Origin: Candidatus Kaiserbacteria bacterium RIFCSPLOWO2_01_FULL_55_19
GTDB taxonomy: Bacteria; Patescibacteriota; Minisyncoccia; Phycocordibacterales; Phycocordibacteraceae
Assembly (NCBI GenBank): GCA_001781715.1
Contig: MFMD01000036.1
Location: 1-24,832, forward strand
Direction of reading: 5' to 3'
Length of the DNA stretch: 24,832 nt
Program-made: the position numbers and the translations under genes
Notes under the pieces: generated by a model
Told to the model about the DNA's origin: nothing
What the model saw: only the letters and a program-made list of their open reading frames with translations
The model's database searches: none
Shown here: piece by piece, positions 7,510-14,834 of the stretch
Position numbering within the stretch: position 1 is the stretch's first letter
Layout: the number at the start of each line of letters is the position of its first letter

Positions 7510-8472
7510 ATGCAAACCGTTGTTGGGGTACTGCGGGGCGGGCCGTCGCGCGAGCATGATATCTCGCTCAAGTCCGGCGCCGCGATACTCGCGCATCTCC
7601 CGGCAGACCGGTATATCACGCGCGATATTTATATCCACAGAAACGGAGAGTGGTACGATCGCGGCAAGCCAGTCGCACCCGAACGCATCCTACGTCAACT
7701 TGATGTCGTACTCATCGGGCTCCACGGCGAGTATGGCGAGGATGGGGAAGTGCAAAAGGTCCTTTCTCGCTTCGGCGTTCCTTATGCCGGTGCAGATTCC
7801 TTCGGCTCCTATCTCGCGATGCATAAGATGATGGCGAAGCTGCGGGCGAAAGAAGCCGGACTGCTCACGCCGGAATCTCACTACATCGAGCGCGCCGAAG
7901 ACAGCGAGGCGGGCGCGCGCGAAGCGATACGCAGGTTCCATCAGCCGGTTGTAGTGAAGCCGGTCGGCTGGGGCTCTTCTATCGGGGTGTCCATTGTGGG
8001 CGGGTACGCGCCCGTGGTCGCTGCTGTCAAGCAGCTTTTTGCCGATGGCGCTACCGGCGTGCTCGTAGAGGATCTCGTTCGCGGCAAGGAGGCGACGGTC
8101 AGCGTTGTTGAGAACCTTCGCGGACAAGCGTTGTATTCTCTCCCACCCACAGAAATCATTCCTCCCGAGGATGATTTCTTCTCCTACGGCGCAAAGTATT
8201 CTGGCGCGACGCGTGAAATCTGCCCGGGGAACTTCTCTCGTGTTGCCTCTGAAGAGCTTCAGCGTTTGGCGAAGGTAATGCATCGTGCTCTCGGCCTGCG
8301 TCATTACTCCCGAAGCGACTTTATCGTCGCACCGAAGGGCATTTATTATCTGGAGACCAATACGCTCCCGGGCCTCACGACCGAATCGCTTCTGCCAAAG
8401 TCGCTCGCCGCGGTAGGCGTTACCTTCCGCGATTTCCTCTCGCATCTGGTCAACCTCGCCCTCTCGCGTTAG
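7510..8472 (+). CDS. ddl: D-alanine--D-alanine ligase
   Basis: GGPSREHDISLKSG, LHGEYGEDG, VVKPVGWGSSIGV, FSYGAKY and ETNTLPGLT. TGGTATACT lies 6 nt before ATG 7510. Confidence 0.95.
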   Translation: MQTVVGVLRGGPSREHDISLKSGAAILAHLPADRYITRDIYIHRNGEWYDRGKPVAPERILRQLDVVLIGLHGEYGEDGEVQKVLSRFGVPYAGADSFGSYLAMHKMMAKLRAKEAGLLTPESHYIERAEDSEAGAREAIRRFHQPVVVKPVGWGSSIGVSIVGGYAPVVAAVKQLFADGATGVLVEDLVRGKEATVSVVENLRGQALYSLPPTEIIPPEDDFFSYGAKYSGATREICPGNFSRVASEELQRLAKVMHRALGLRHYSRSDFIVAPKGIYYLETNTLPGLTTESLLPKSLAAVGVTFRDFLSHLVNLALSR

Positions 8473-8486
8473 AGTAAAAAGCGCTC

Positions 8487-8559
8487 GGGCCTGTAGCTCA
8501 ATTGGTAGAGCGCCTCATTTGCAATGAGGAGGTAACCGGTTCGAAACCGGTCAGGTCCA
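8487..8559 (+). tRNA. tRNA-Ala(TGC)
   Basis: Cloverleaf with G3-U70 acceptor, anticodon arm CCTCA-TTTGCAA-TGAGG and GTTCGA T-loop. CCA not encoded. Confidence 0.97.
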
Positions 8560-8567
8560 CAAATTAT

Positions 8568-9098
8568 ATGAAGAAGATAATTGTCGCTTCAAAGAATCCA
8601 GTCAAAATAGCAGCTGCGCTCAGTGGTTTCCAGAAGATGTTTCCGCATGAGACGTTTGAGGTTGAGGGGGTATCAGCCCCTTCTGGCGTCGGCGAACAAC
8701 CGCGGAACGATACAGAAACGTTCACGGGTGCTCGCAATAGGGCGCAAAACGCTTCTAAAGAGGTCATCACTGCGGATTACTGGGTTGGTATTGAAGGTGG
8801 TATTGAAGAAAAGAATTCTGCTATGGAGGCGTTTGCATGGGTTGTTATACAGGCAAAAGGCGGCGCATATGGGAAGGGAAGAACAGGGACCTTTTTCTTG
8901 CCGCCAAAAATTGCTGAATTGATACAACAAGGGAAAGAGTTGGGGGAGGCAGACGACATTGTGTTTGGCAGAAGCAATTCAAAGCAAGGAAATGGAGCGG
9001 TAGGTATCTTGACGGGCGATGTGGTAGATAGAACCAAATACTATACGGAAGCCGTGGTATTCGCACTTATTCCGTTTAAAAACATCGAACTATATTAA
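8568..9098 (+). CDS. yjjX: Inosine/xanthosine triphosphatase (YjjX/DUF84 family)
   Basis: IIVASKNPVK, SGVGEQP, GARNRA, VGIEGGI, ELGEADDIVFG, K-GNGAVGILT and TRY-like C-terminal motifs. ATG at 8568. Confidence 0.92.
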   Translation: MKKIIVASKNPVKIAAALSGFQKMFPHETFEVEGVSAPSGVGEQPRNDTETFTGARNRAQNASKEVITADYWVGIEGGIEEKNSAMEAFAWVVIQAKGGAYGKGRTGTFFLPPKIAELIQQGKELGEADDIVFGRSNSKQGNGAVGILTGDVVDRTKYYTEAVVFALIPFKNIELY

Positions 9099-9106
9099 TA
9101 TCTTTG

Positions 9107-9177
9107 TCGGGCCGCCGGGAATCGAACCCGGTCTGCACGAACCCGAATCGTGCGTACTACCGGCATACTCCGGCCCG
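9107..9177 (-). tRNA. tRNA-Pro(CGG)
   Basis: C1-G72, A73, anticodon arm CACGA-TTCGGGT-TCGTG and GGTTCGATTCC T-arm. Confidence 0.95.
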
Positions 9178-9178
9178 G

Positions 9179-9252
9179 TGCGCTCCACAAGATTCGAACT
9201 TGTGACCTTTCGCGTGTGAGGCGAACGCTCTAACCAACTGAGCTAGGAGCGC
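9179..9252 (-). tRNA. tRNA-Val(CAC)
   Basis: Acceptor GCGCTCC/GGAGCGC, anticodon arm TTCGC-CTCACAC-GCGAA and GTTCGAATC T-loop. Confidence 0.96.
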
Positions 9253-9271
9253 GCAAGAGCACAATATCACA

Positions 9272-9342
9272 TCGGGCTACCGGGAATCGAACCCGGACTG
9301 CATGACCCCCAGCCATGCGTACTACCACTATACGATAGCCCG
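9272..9342 (-). tRNA. tRNA-Pro(GGG)
   Basis: Acceptor CGGGCTA/TAGCCCG, anticodon loop CTGGGGG and a canonical T-arm. Confidence 0.95.
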
Positions 9343-9385
9343 TTATTTTCCAACTATATCGTACTCGTGTTAAAATCGCCCGCAC

Positions 9386-9456
9386 GGGCCTATAGTAAAG
9401 TGGTATTACACGTCATTCGCATTGACGAGGCGCGGGTTCGATTCCCGCTAGGTCCA
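9386..9456 (+). tRNA. tRNA-Ala(CGC)
   Basis: G3-U70 acceptor and anticodon arm CGTCA-TTCGCAT-TGACG. TGtTAAAAT promoter at 9368-9376. Confidence 0.95.
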
Positions 9457-9463
9457 CAGTACG

Positions 9464-9784
9464 CTATACGATTTTCAGCGTATGAAGCAGGAAGAATCCG
9501 GCAATCATGCACACCGATAAGATGACAGCGACGGCTTCAGCGATGATAAACGCCGAGAGCCGCGGCGTATCACGCTTCAGCCGGAAGATGATGCTGAAGA
9601 AGGCGAATGTCCCGAGCGCAAGGACTCCTTTGCCGAGCCAGTGATGATAAAAAGTCACTTTGAGCCAATCCTTCAGCGCAGGGATTTCTTCTGCACCGAC
9701 AATAAGTGCGGCGAGAAGAAGAACGGTAACGATTGTCGCAATCGCAGTTGAACGAATCCACAGGGCAAGAGGTGAGGGCATCAT
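9464..9784 (-). CDS. Small polytopic membrane protein with an FYHHWLGKG motif
   Basis: About three hydrophobic helices. Its start overlaps the upstream stop (ATGA). Confidence 0.85.
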   Translation of the reverse strand: MMPSPLALWIRSTAIATIVTVLLLAALIVGAEEIPALKDWLKVTFYHHWLGKGVLALGTFAFFSIIFRLKRDTPRLSAFIIAEAVAVILSVCMIAGFFLLHTLKIV

Positions 9785-10230
9785 ATGGAGCCGGAGACAA
9801 TAATACCCGACGCGGCGGTCACGACTCCGACCACGAGCGCGACGAGCGTGAGAAATGCCGTACCCTTGCGCAGATTATCGTCATCCGGATTCATGCGCAA
9901 ATATGTCGTGCAGAGCGCAATGGAGAGAGCCAGAAACGGTAGTACGAGAAAGATATGCTCCTTCGTCTCCATAAAGAAGGTGTGTGCGAAAGGCAGGGAG
10001 CCCGCGAGTATCCTTGGTTTGACGGCGGAGCCATAGTAGGTCACATAGTAGTATGCCGAAGTCGCCCACGAGAGGATGAACAACACAAAAGCCGACCACG
10101 CAAGGCGCGATACGAACACATAGTTGGGCGCTTTCTTGAGCAGGTGCATAAGCACGACATTGTGCATACCGATGGCGATAATACCGCCGAGGACATGAAC
10201 GATAAGCAAAGCCGCAAGGGTTGTTGTCAT
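9781..10230 (-). CDS. Polytopic membrane protein with multiple His (HVLGG...H; AHTFFMETKEH)
   Basis: About four hydrophobic helices, with ATGA overlaps on both sides. Confidence 0.87.
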   Translation of the reverse strand: MTTTLAALLIVHVLGGIIAIGMHNVVLMHLLKKAPNYVFVSRLAWSAFVLFILSWATSAYYYVTYYGSAVKPRILAGSLPFAHTFFMETKEHIFLVLPFLALSIALCTTYLRMNPDDDNLRKGTAFLTLVALVVGVVTAASGIIVSGSI

Positions 10231-10730
10231 ATGGTTGTTGGGGCGTGCAAGCGAGTGCGAATCCAGCGCAGGATAACACCCACGAGCAGGGTAGCAAGCG
10301 CGTAGTACATAAATAGTTCGCCATACGTAGCATCGGTTTTACCAATGACTCCGAGGACGAGTGCGGCATACCATGAGGTGAGTGATATGGCAGAGCCGAT
10401 TGCCAGCGGCATGATGCGCGCCTGCAGGAGAAGTGCGTTCCCGACAAGAATCCCAATGATGGTCATCTTCGCCCAAAATGAAGGGCTAGTGAGAGCTCCC
10501 ACATGCTCCGTCAGACGGAAGTAGAGCAGAAAGGCAAAGCCGGAGATAACGAGGAGGAAGAGTCCTGTCCGCAGTACGGTATACGTTACCGCAAGAGTCC
10601 TCCGCTCATCGTCTGTGAGGATATTGTCGCTGTTGAAGCGCGTGTAATAGATTTCGGCAAAGGTTGCCGCGCCAACGCCGAGGACGGTGCCCACCACATG
10701 CATGATTATGAAAGATTCGTAGAGTGTCAT
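10227..10730 (-). CDS. Polytopic membrane protein (HVVGTVLGVG...; WAKMTII)
   Basis: About five hydrophobic helices. True ATG at 10730 overlaps the stop of the oxidoreductase gene (ATGA). Confidence 0.87.
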   Translation of the reverse strand: MTLYESFIIMHVVGTVLGVGAATFAEIYYTRFNSDNILTDDERRTLAVTYTVLRTGLFLLVISGFAFLLYFRLTEHVGALTSPSFWAKMTIIGILVGNALLLQARIMPLAIGSAISLTSWYAALVLGVIGKTDATYGELFMYYALATLLVGVILRWIRTRLHAPTTI

Positions 10731-11311
10731 ATGCCTTGAGAGCCCAGCTCCTGCACCTGTGCCACCCATGCGGCGTGCTTTGCGGCATCCGGATGCTCGC
10801 ACGGACCCATGGTTGTCACCTGCGCGCTCATACCGGAGAAACCGAGGATGCCGCGCGATATCTCGTTTGTATAATCGCCGTACTTCAGGCGCGTCATAAA
10901 GGGACTCTGCGCTCCGTCAACGACGATGACACGCGCCGTTTTCCCTTTCAGCAGCTCTGCAATGTCGTGATTCTCTTTGCTGAAGGAAAAGGCAAAGTCA
11001 GGGAGCCACATTCGGTCAAACATTCCTTTCAAGAGCGCGGGCATACTTGTCCACCAATTCGGGTAGAGAATCACCACATGGTCGGCCCAGCGTATGTTCT
11101 CTTGCACGGTGACGAGATCGGGCTCCAGGGGCTGTATCTCGCGGTATCCCTTATGCAAAATCGGGTCGAACTTCAACTCGCCAAGGTTAAGTCGTCTCAC
11201 TTCATGACTTGCAGCGCGCGCTGCATGCTCGTAGGCATCGGCAAGTTCCGCTGTGAATCCTTGAGTATGAGAATGTCCAAGAAGTACGAAAATCTTGCGC
11301 GGATGATTCAT
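10727..11311 (-). CDS. Flavodoxin-fold NAD(P)H-dependent (quinone) oxidoreductase, Flavodoxin_2/KefF-NQO-like
   Basis: IFVLLGHS, LNLGELKFDPIL, WADHVVILYPNWWTSMPALLKGMFDR and LLKGKTARVI. ATG at 11311 with TATACT 6 nt upstream. Confidence 0.93.
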   Translation of the reverse strand: MNHPRKIFVLLGHSHTQGFTAELADAYEHAARAASHEVRRLNLGELKFDPILHKGYREIQPLEPDLVTVQENIRWADHVVILYPNWWTSMPALLKGMFDRMWLPDFAFSFSKENHDIAELLKGKTARVIVVDGAQSPFMTRLKYGDYTNEISRGILGFSGMSAQVTTMGPCEHPDAAKHAAWVAQVQELGSQGI

Positions 11312-11365
11312 AATCTTAGTATACCCTCTTGAGCAACAGAAGGAAGGGAAGTACAGTGGAGTAAA

Positions 11366-11436
11366 GGGCCTATGGTGAAGCGGTATCACGCATCCATGGC
11401 ATGGATGAAGTCGGGGTTCGACTCCCCGTAGGTCCA
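11366..11436 (+). tRNA. tRNA-Ala(GGC)
   Basis: G3-U70 acceptor and anticodon arm CATCC-ATGGCAT-GGATG, with the A32/U38 typical of Ala(GGC). Confidence 0.95.
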
Positions 11437-11447
11437 CAAAAATAAAG

Positions 11448-11474
11448 CGCCTGCGAGGCGGAGCCTCGCAGGCG
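11448..11474 (-). terminator. Intrinsic terminator between tRNA-Ala(GGC) and the lipoprotein gene
   Basis: Perfect 12-bp stem CGCCTGCGAGGC/GCCTCGCAGGCG. The T-rich tail (CTTTATTTT) is on the minus strand. Confidence 0.8.
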
Positions 11475-11485
11475 GGTTGAATCAT

Positions 11486-11968
11486 TCATTCAATACGGTT
11501 CCATGTCGGATCAACGGATTCGATGCTAACGATGCAATTCCCGTGAGAGTTGAAGCGGACGCGGAACGCCCGTGTATAGTTGTATCGGTCGTCATCGATA
11601 TAGAACATCCTCTTCACGGTGACAATTTTTGTGTGCGGGTCGGAGGTGTCGTCGATGACGCTGAACAGAGTGCACGCACAGCCGTCGTTCTCACCGGAAA
11701 CTGGATTCGCCAATATCTGACGGACAATTTCTTGTCCCCGCTCCCCCTTGTTGTCGAAGACTCCGAAAATAGAAGCTCCATCGGGAATGAGCGCCCGCAG
11801 AATGCCGATACTCGTTTCTGCGACGCCGCGGAACCATTGAACGACGGCGTTGCGGGGTGTGTCGCTACATTGTTTGATACTCCCATCGTCACGGACTGTT
11901 GTTGCACACGACGAGAGGAGTATCGATGCGGCTACTGTCATGAGGAACCTCACTGCAAACGGTCTCAT
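11486..11968 (-). CDS. Putative lipoprotein, unknown function
   Basis: Signal peptide ending LLSSC (lipobox-like), GGAGGAG SD 5 nt before ATG, and a downstream terminator. Confidence 0.8.
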   Translation of the reverse strand: MRPFAVRFLMTVAASILLSSCATTVRDDGSIKQCSDTPRNAVVQWFRGVAETSIGILRALIPDGASIFGVFDNKGERGQEIVRQILANPVSGENDGCACTLFSVIDDTSDPHTKIVTVKRMFYIDDDRYNYTRAFRVRFNSHGNCIVSIESVDPTWNRIE

Positions 11969-12048
11969 CGCATCTCCTCCTTTAAGCGAAATTGCGGGTG
12001 GTGGAAGGTACTTCTGCTTAGACTACAATACAATACATTCTGGACATA

Positions 12049-12081
12049 AACACACCGTCCGCCAAAGGCGGGCGGTGTGTT
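12049..12081 (-). terminator. Terminator of the SWIB gene
   Basis: 15-bp stem AACACACCGTCCGCC-AAA-GGCGGGCGGTGTGTT, just after the stop at 12099. Confidence 0.75.
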
Positions 12082-12098
12082 CACGCAGGAGCCCCTGA

Positions 12099-12347
12099 TT
12101 AGCTCAAATGCGGACCGATGAGACTTCCCATCTCGAACATCGTCACTTCGCCCTTGCCAAAAATGGCCTTAAGCTTCTCGTCGCAAAGGATATTACGCTT
12201 ATTCTCCGGATTCTGGAGATTATGATTCTTGATGTATACCCAAAGCTGTTTAACGACTTCGGTGCGAGGCATTGGCCCCTTGCCCACAACTGCCTCAAGG
12301 TCGGCTGAGAGCTTCTGTGGTTTTGCGAATGCTGAATTTGTTGCCAT
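12099..12347 (-). CDS. Stand-alone SWIB/MDM2-domain protein
   Basis: AFAKPQKLSADLEAVVG-GPMPRTEVVKQLWVYIK-HNLQNPENKRNILCDEKLKAIF. ATG at 12347. Confidence 0.93.
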   Translation of the reverse strand: MATNSAFAKPQKLSADLEAVVGKGPMPRTEVVKQLWVYIKNHNLQNPENKRNILCDEKLKAIFGKGEVTMFEMGSLIGPHLS

Positions 12348-12474
12348 AGTGAATGTTACTGGTATTAAGACTAACTTCCCCCAGTATATAGCATAGGAAA
12401 GCCTGTTTCCACAGGGCCGTGGACTATTCCCCTTGGGGGCTTGCGACGTCCACAGAAGGCGTATACTGGGGCAT

Positions 12475-12909
12475 ATGAGCTTCAACGAGGATGGCGGGAA
12501 CGAAGGGAACGGGGGGATGCGGGTGCCCCCGCGCCATGACATACCCCACTATTACGGTAATGAGTCGCGGGCGCTCTTTGTCGCGGGCGCCGTAGTGCTT
12601 GTCATCGCACAGTCAACCGGCGCCGACCTACCGCTCTCAACCGGCGCCGCTGTGATGGCGGCGGTACTCCTTGTTGTCGCCGCGGGGATTACTAATCCCG
12701 CACAAGGGTGGATTCATTGGCTGAACGCATTCATCGCCATCTACGGAGTGCTCCTCTTCGGCACAACTGCCATCAGCCACTACCGTTCGGGTATAAGCAT
12801 CTTTAACCCTTCGTTCTTCTATATTGAGGCGCTTACGCTCATCGCTCTCATCGCGCTCTACTTCACGACCCGCACCATTCGGGGATTCCATCTGCGCGAT
12901 ACCCTTTGA
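12475..12909 (+). CDS. Hypothetical membrane protein (about 4 TM helices)
   Basis: Hydrophobic helices; TATACT 7 nt before ATG 12475. Confidence 0.85.
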   Translation: MSFNEDGGNEGNGGMRVPPRHDIPHYYGNESRALFVAGAVVLVIAQSTGADLPLSTGAAVMAAVLLVVAAGITNPAQGWIHWLNAFIAIYGVLLFGTTAISHYRSGISIFNPSFFYIEALTLIALIALYFTTRTIRGFHLRDTL

Positions 12910-12945
12910 TAGAGGCGAAAACCGTCTCCGTGCTACACTTTCTCT

Positions 12946-13176
12946 ATGTCTATCCAGAGTTTTCTCCTCAATCAGTACACGAAGTGGAAGTTGAAGGATG
13001 TTCCCGAGGCGCAGCGCGAGCAGATGACCGCGCTCGTGATTAAGGATCCGCAACTCTTTAAGAAAATCGGTGAGGAGATTGAACGCCGCAAGAAGGGCGG
13101 CGAGAGCGAGACGAAAGCGGCGCTTGAAGTGATGAAGAAGTACCGTACCGAGCTTGCCGCGCTCATGCAACGATAA
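12946..13176 (+). CDS. 76-aa helical hypothetical protein
   Basis: TGcTACACT 6 nt before ATG; normal codon pattern. Confidence 0.85.
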   Translation: MSIQSFLLNQYTKWKLKDVPEAQREQMTALVIKDPQLFKKIGEEIERRKKGGESETKAALEVMKKYRTELAALMQR

Positions 13177-13177
13177 T

Positions 13178-13681
13178 ATGCTGCCCTTCATCTTTCTCCT
13201 TGTTTTCTTTCAGGCGCTTGGCGCGCTCGTCGGCGCATTTTCAGCAGTGTGGAGCGAGCTCGCTTATGTGCGGATGATGCGAGACGGGCGGATTGACCAC
13301 GCCGAGCGCGCGCATCTAGACTACATTGGACACGGTCTGCGCTGGGGTATGTCGCTCCTCTTTCTCGCCTCGTTCGGCTTAGTAGTCGTCTCCTACCTCC
13401 TTCAGGCAGCGACACAGCCGGCGCTCACTGCTCAGTACTGGCTCTTCATCATGCTCGGTCTTCTGGTGACGACGGCATCGTGGGCACTCTCGCGAAAACA
13501 GGTCTCTTTCAAGTTGGGTACCGCCGTCACTTTCACCGGATGGTGGTTTCTCGTCTTTCTTACGCTCGGTCAGATGCCGCCGCTCTCCTTCGGCGCGAGC
13601 ATTGCCTTCTTCGTTATTGCAACGGCGATCTTCTACGCTCTGCTCCACTATGCGCGACTTCTTATGGTGCGCGGGAAATAG
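13178..13681 (+). CDS. Polytopic membrane protein, apparent paralog of 10227-10730
   Basis: ATG lies 1 nt after the previous stop. Shares the pattern G..(L/V)G...(A/F).E..Y....D.....ER..L......GL..L..S. Confidence 0.85.
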   Translation: MLPFIFLLVFFQALGALVGAFSAVWSELAYVRMMRDGRIDHAERAHLDYIGHGLRWGMSLLFLASFGLVVVSYLLQAATQPALTAQYWLFIMLGLLVTTASWALSRKQVSFKLGTAVTFTGWWFLVFLTLGQMPPLSFGASIAFFVIATAIFYALLHYARLLMVRGK

Positions 13682-13716
13682 TGGCAGAGCGGGACAAAAT
13701 CCTGTAGGTTGGGAAG

Positions 13717-14814
13717 ATGTTGAAGATAGGAATTGTCGGATTGCCGAACGTGGGGAAGTCCACGCTTTTTAATGCACTCACGAAAGCGTCAGTACCGGCG
13801 GAGAATTACCCGTTCTGCACCATTGACCCTTCGGTCGGTGTTGTTGGCGTGCCCGATGCGCGACTCGCGCTCCTCACTCAGTTCTCAAAGAGCGCGAAGA
13901 CCATCCCTGCCGCGATAGAGTTCGTGGATATTGCGGGGCTAGTGAAGGGTGCCGCCGAAGGGGAAGGGCTCGGGAATCAATTTCTCGCGAATATCCGCGA
14001 GACCGACGCAATCCTCCAAGTCGTCCGCTTCTTTGATGACCCGAATATCGTCCATGTGGACAGCGAAGTGGAGCCCTATAAGGATATTGAGGTGATTAAC
14101 CTGGAGCTTGCGCTCGCTGACGGGGAACAAGTTAGGAAACGCCGGGATAAGATTGCGGGCGATATTAGGTCCGGCCGGGAGGAGTTTGTTGCCGAAGATG
14201 CCGCGCTCGCCAAGGTGATGCAGGCCTTTGCGGCAGGGAAGCTCGCGCTCCATGCAGGCCTCACCGAGGACGAGAAGAAGCTCGTGGCGCACCTAAATCT
14301 CCTCACGATGAAGCCGATTCTCTATGCGCTGAACAGGAAAAGTGGCGGACACAATCTGGACGAGCTTGCAGATGGGCGCGCCGAGCGCGCCTATGACCTC
14401 ATCAAAATGCTTGGAGGCCGGTACATCTTCCTTGATGCGGCGACGGAGCGGGAACTGAACGATGTTGCGGATGACGACCGCGAGGGATTCCGCCAAGAGC
14501 TCGACGTCTCCGAAGACGGTCTTGCTGGGCTTATCCGCGGTGCCTATGAAACGCTCGGGCTTATTTCATTCTTCACCACCGGAGAGGACGAGACGCGTGC
14601 ATGGACGATTACGAGGGGGAGTACCGCGCCCGTGGCGGGCGCGGCAATTCACAACGACTTCCTCACGAAATTCATCCGCGCTGAAGTAGTCTCTACGGAC
14701 GATCTTCTCGCCGCTGGTAGCTACGCCGCCGCCCGCGAAGCCGCAAAAGTCGCTACCTGCGGCAAGGACTACATCGTCCGCGACGGCGATGTCATCATCT
14801 TCCTTCACGGATAA
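13717..14814 (+). CDS. ychF: Redox-regulated ATPase YchF
   Basis: GIVGLPNVGKSTLFNALT, NYPFCTIDP, FVDIAGLVKGA, GLGNQFLANIRE and a C-terminal TGS-like segment (FFTTGEDETRAW, DGDVI). Confidence 0.97.
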   Translation: MLKIGIVGLPNVGKSTLFNALTKASVPAENYPFCTIDPSVGVVGVPDARLALLTQFSKSAKTIPAAIEFVDIAGLVKGAAEGEGLGNQFLANIRETDAILQVVRFFDDPNIVHVDSEVEPYKDIEVINLELALADGEQVRKRRDKIAGDIRSGREEFVAEDAALAKVMQAFAAGKLALHAGLTEDEKKLVAHLNLLTMKPILYALNRKSGGHNLDELADGRAERAYDLIKMLGGRYIFLDAATERELNDVADDDREGFRQELDVSEDGLAGLIRGAYETLGLISFFTTGEDETRAWTITRGSTAPVAGAAIHNDFLTKFIRAEVVSTDDLLAAGSYAAAREAAKVATCGKDYIVRDGDVIIFLHG

Positions 14815-14834
14815 AAATGGTATAATCTGAATCT

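Noticed and set aside
8502-8567. N-terminal extension of YjjX; likewise track starts at 11485, 10802, 12542, 5921 and 23022
   Set aside because: These extensions overlap tRNAs, promoters or upstream genes. Downstream ATGs fit homology and the overlap or -10 signals.
9386-11436. Integrative island bounded by tRNA-Ala 3'-end repeats (TAGGTCCACA)
   Set aside because: Both are complete tRNAs with different anticodons, so the shared ends reflect Ala identity. No integrase is present.
12401-12460. oriC/DnaA-box cluster
   Set aside because: The matches have two or three mismatches to TTATCCACA, with no AT-rich unwinding element and no dnaA/dnaN nearby.
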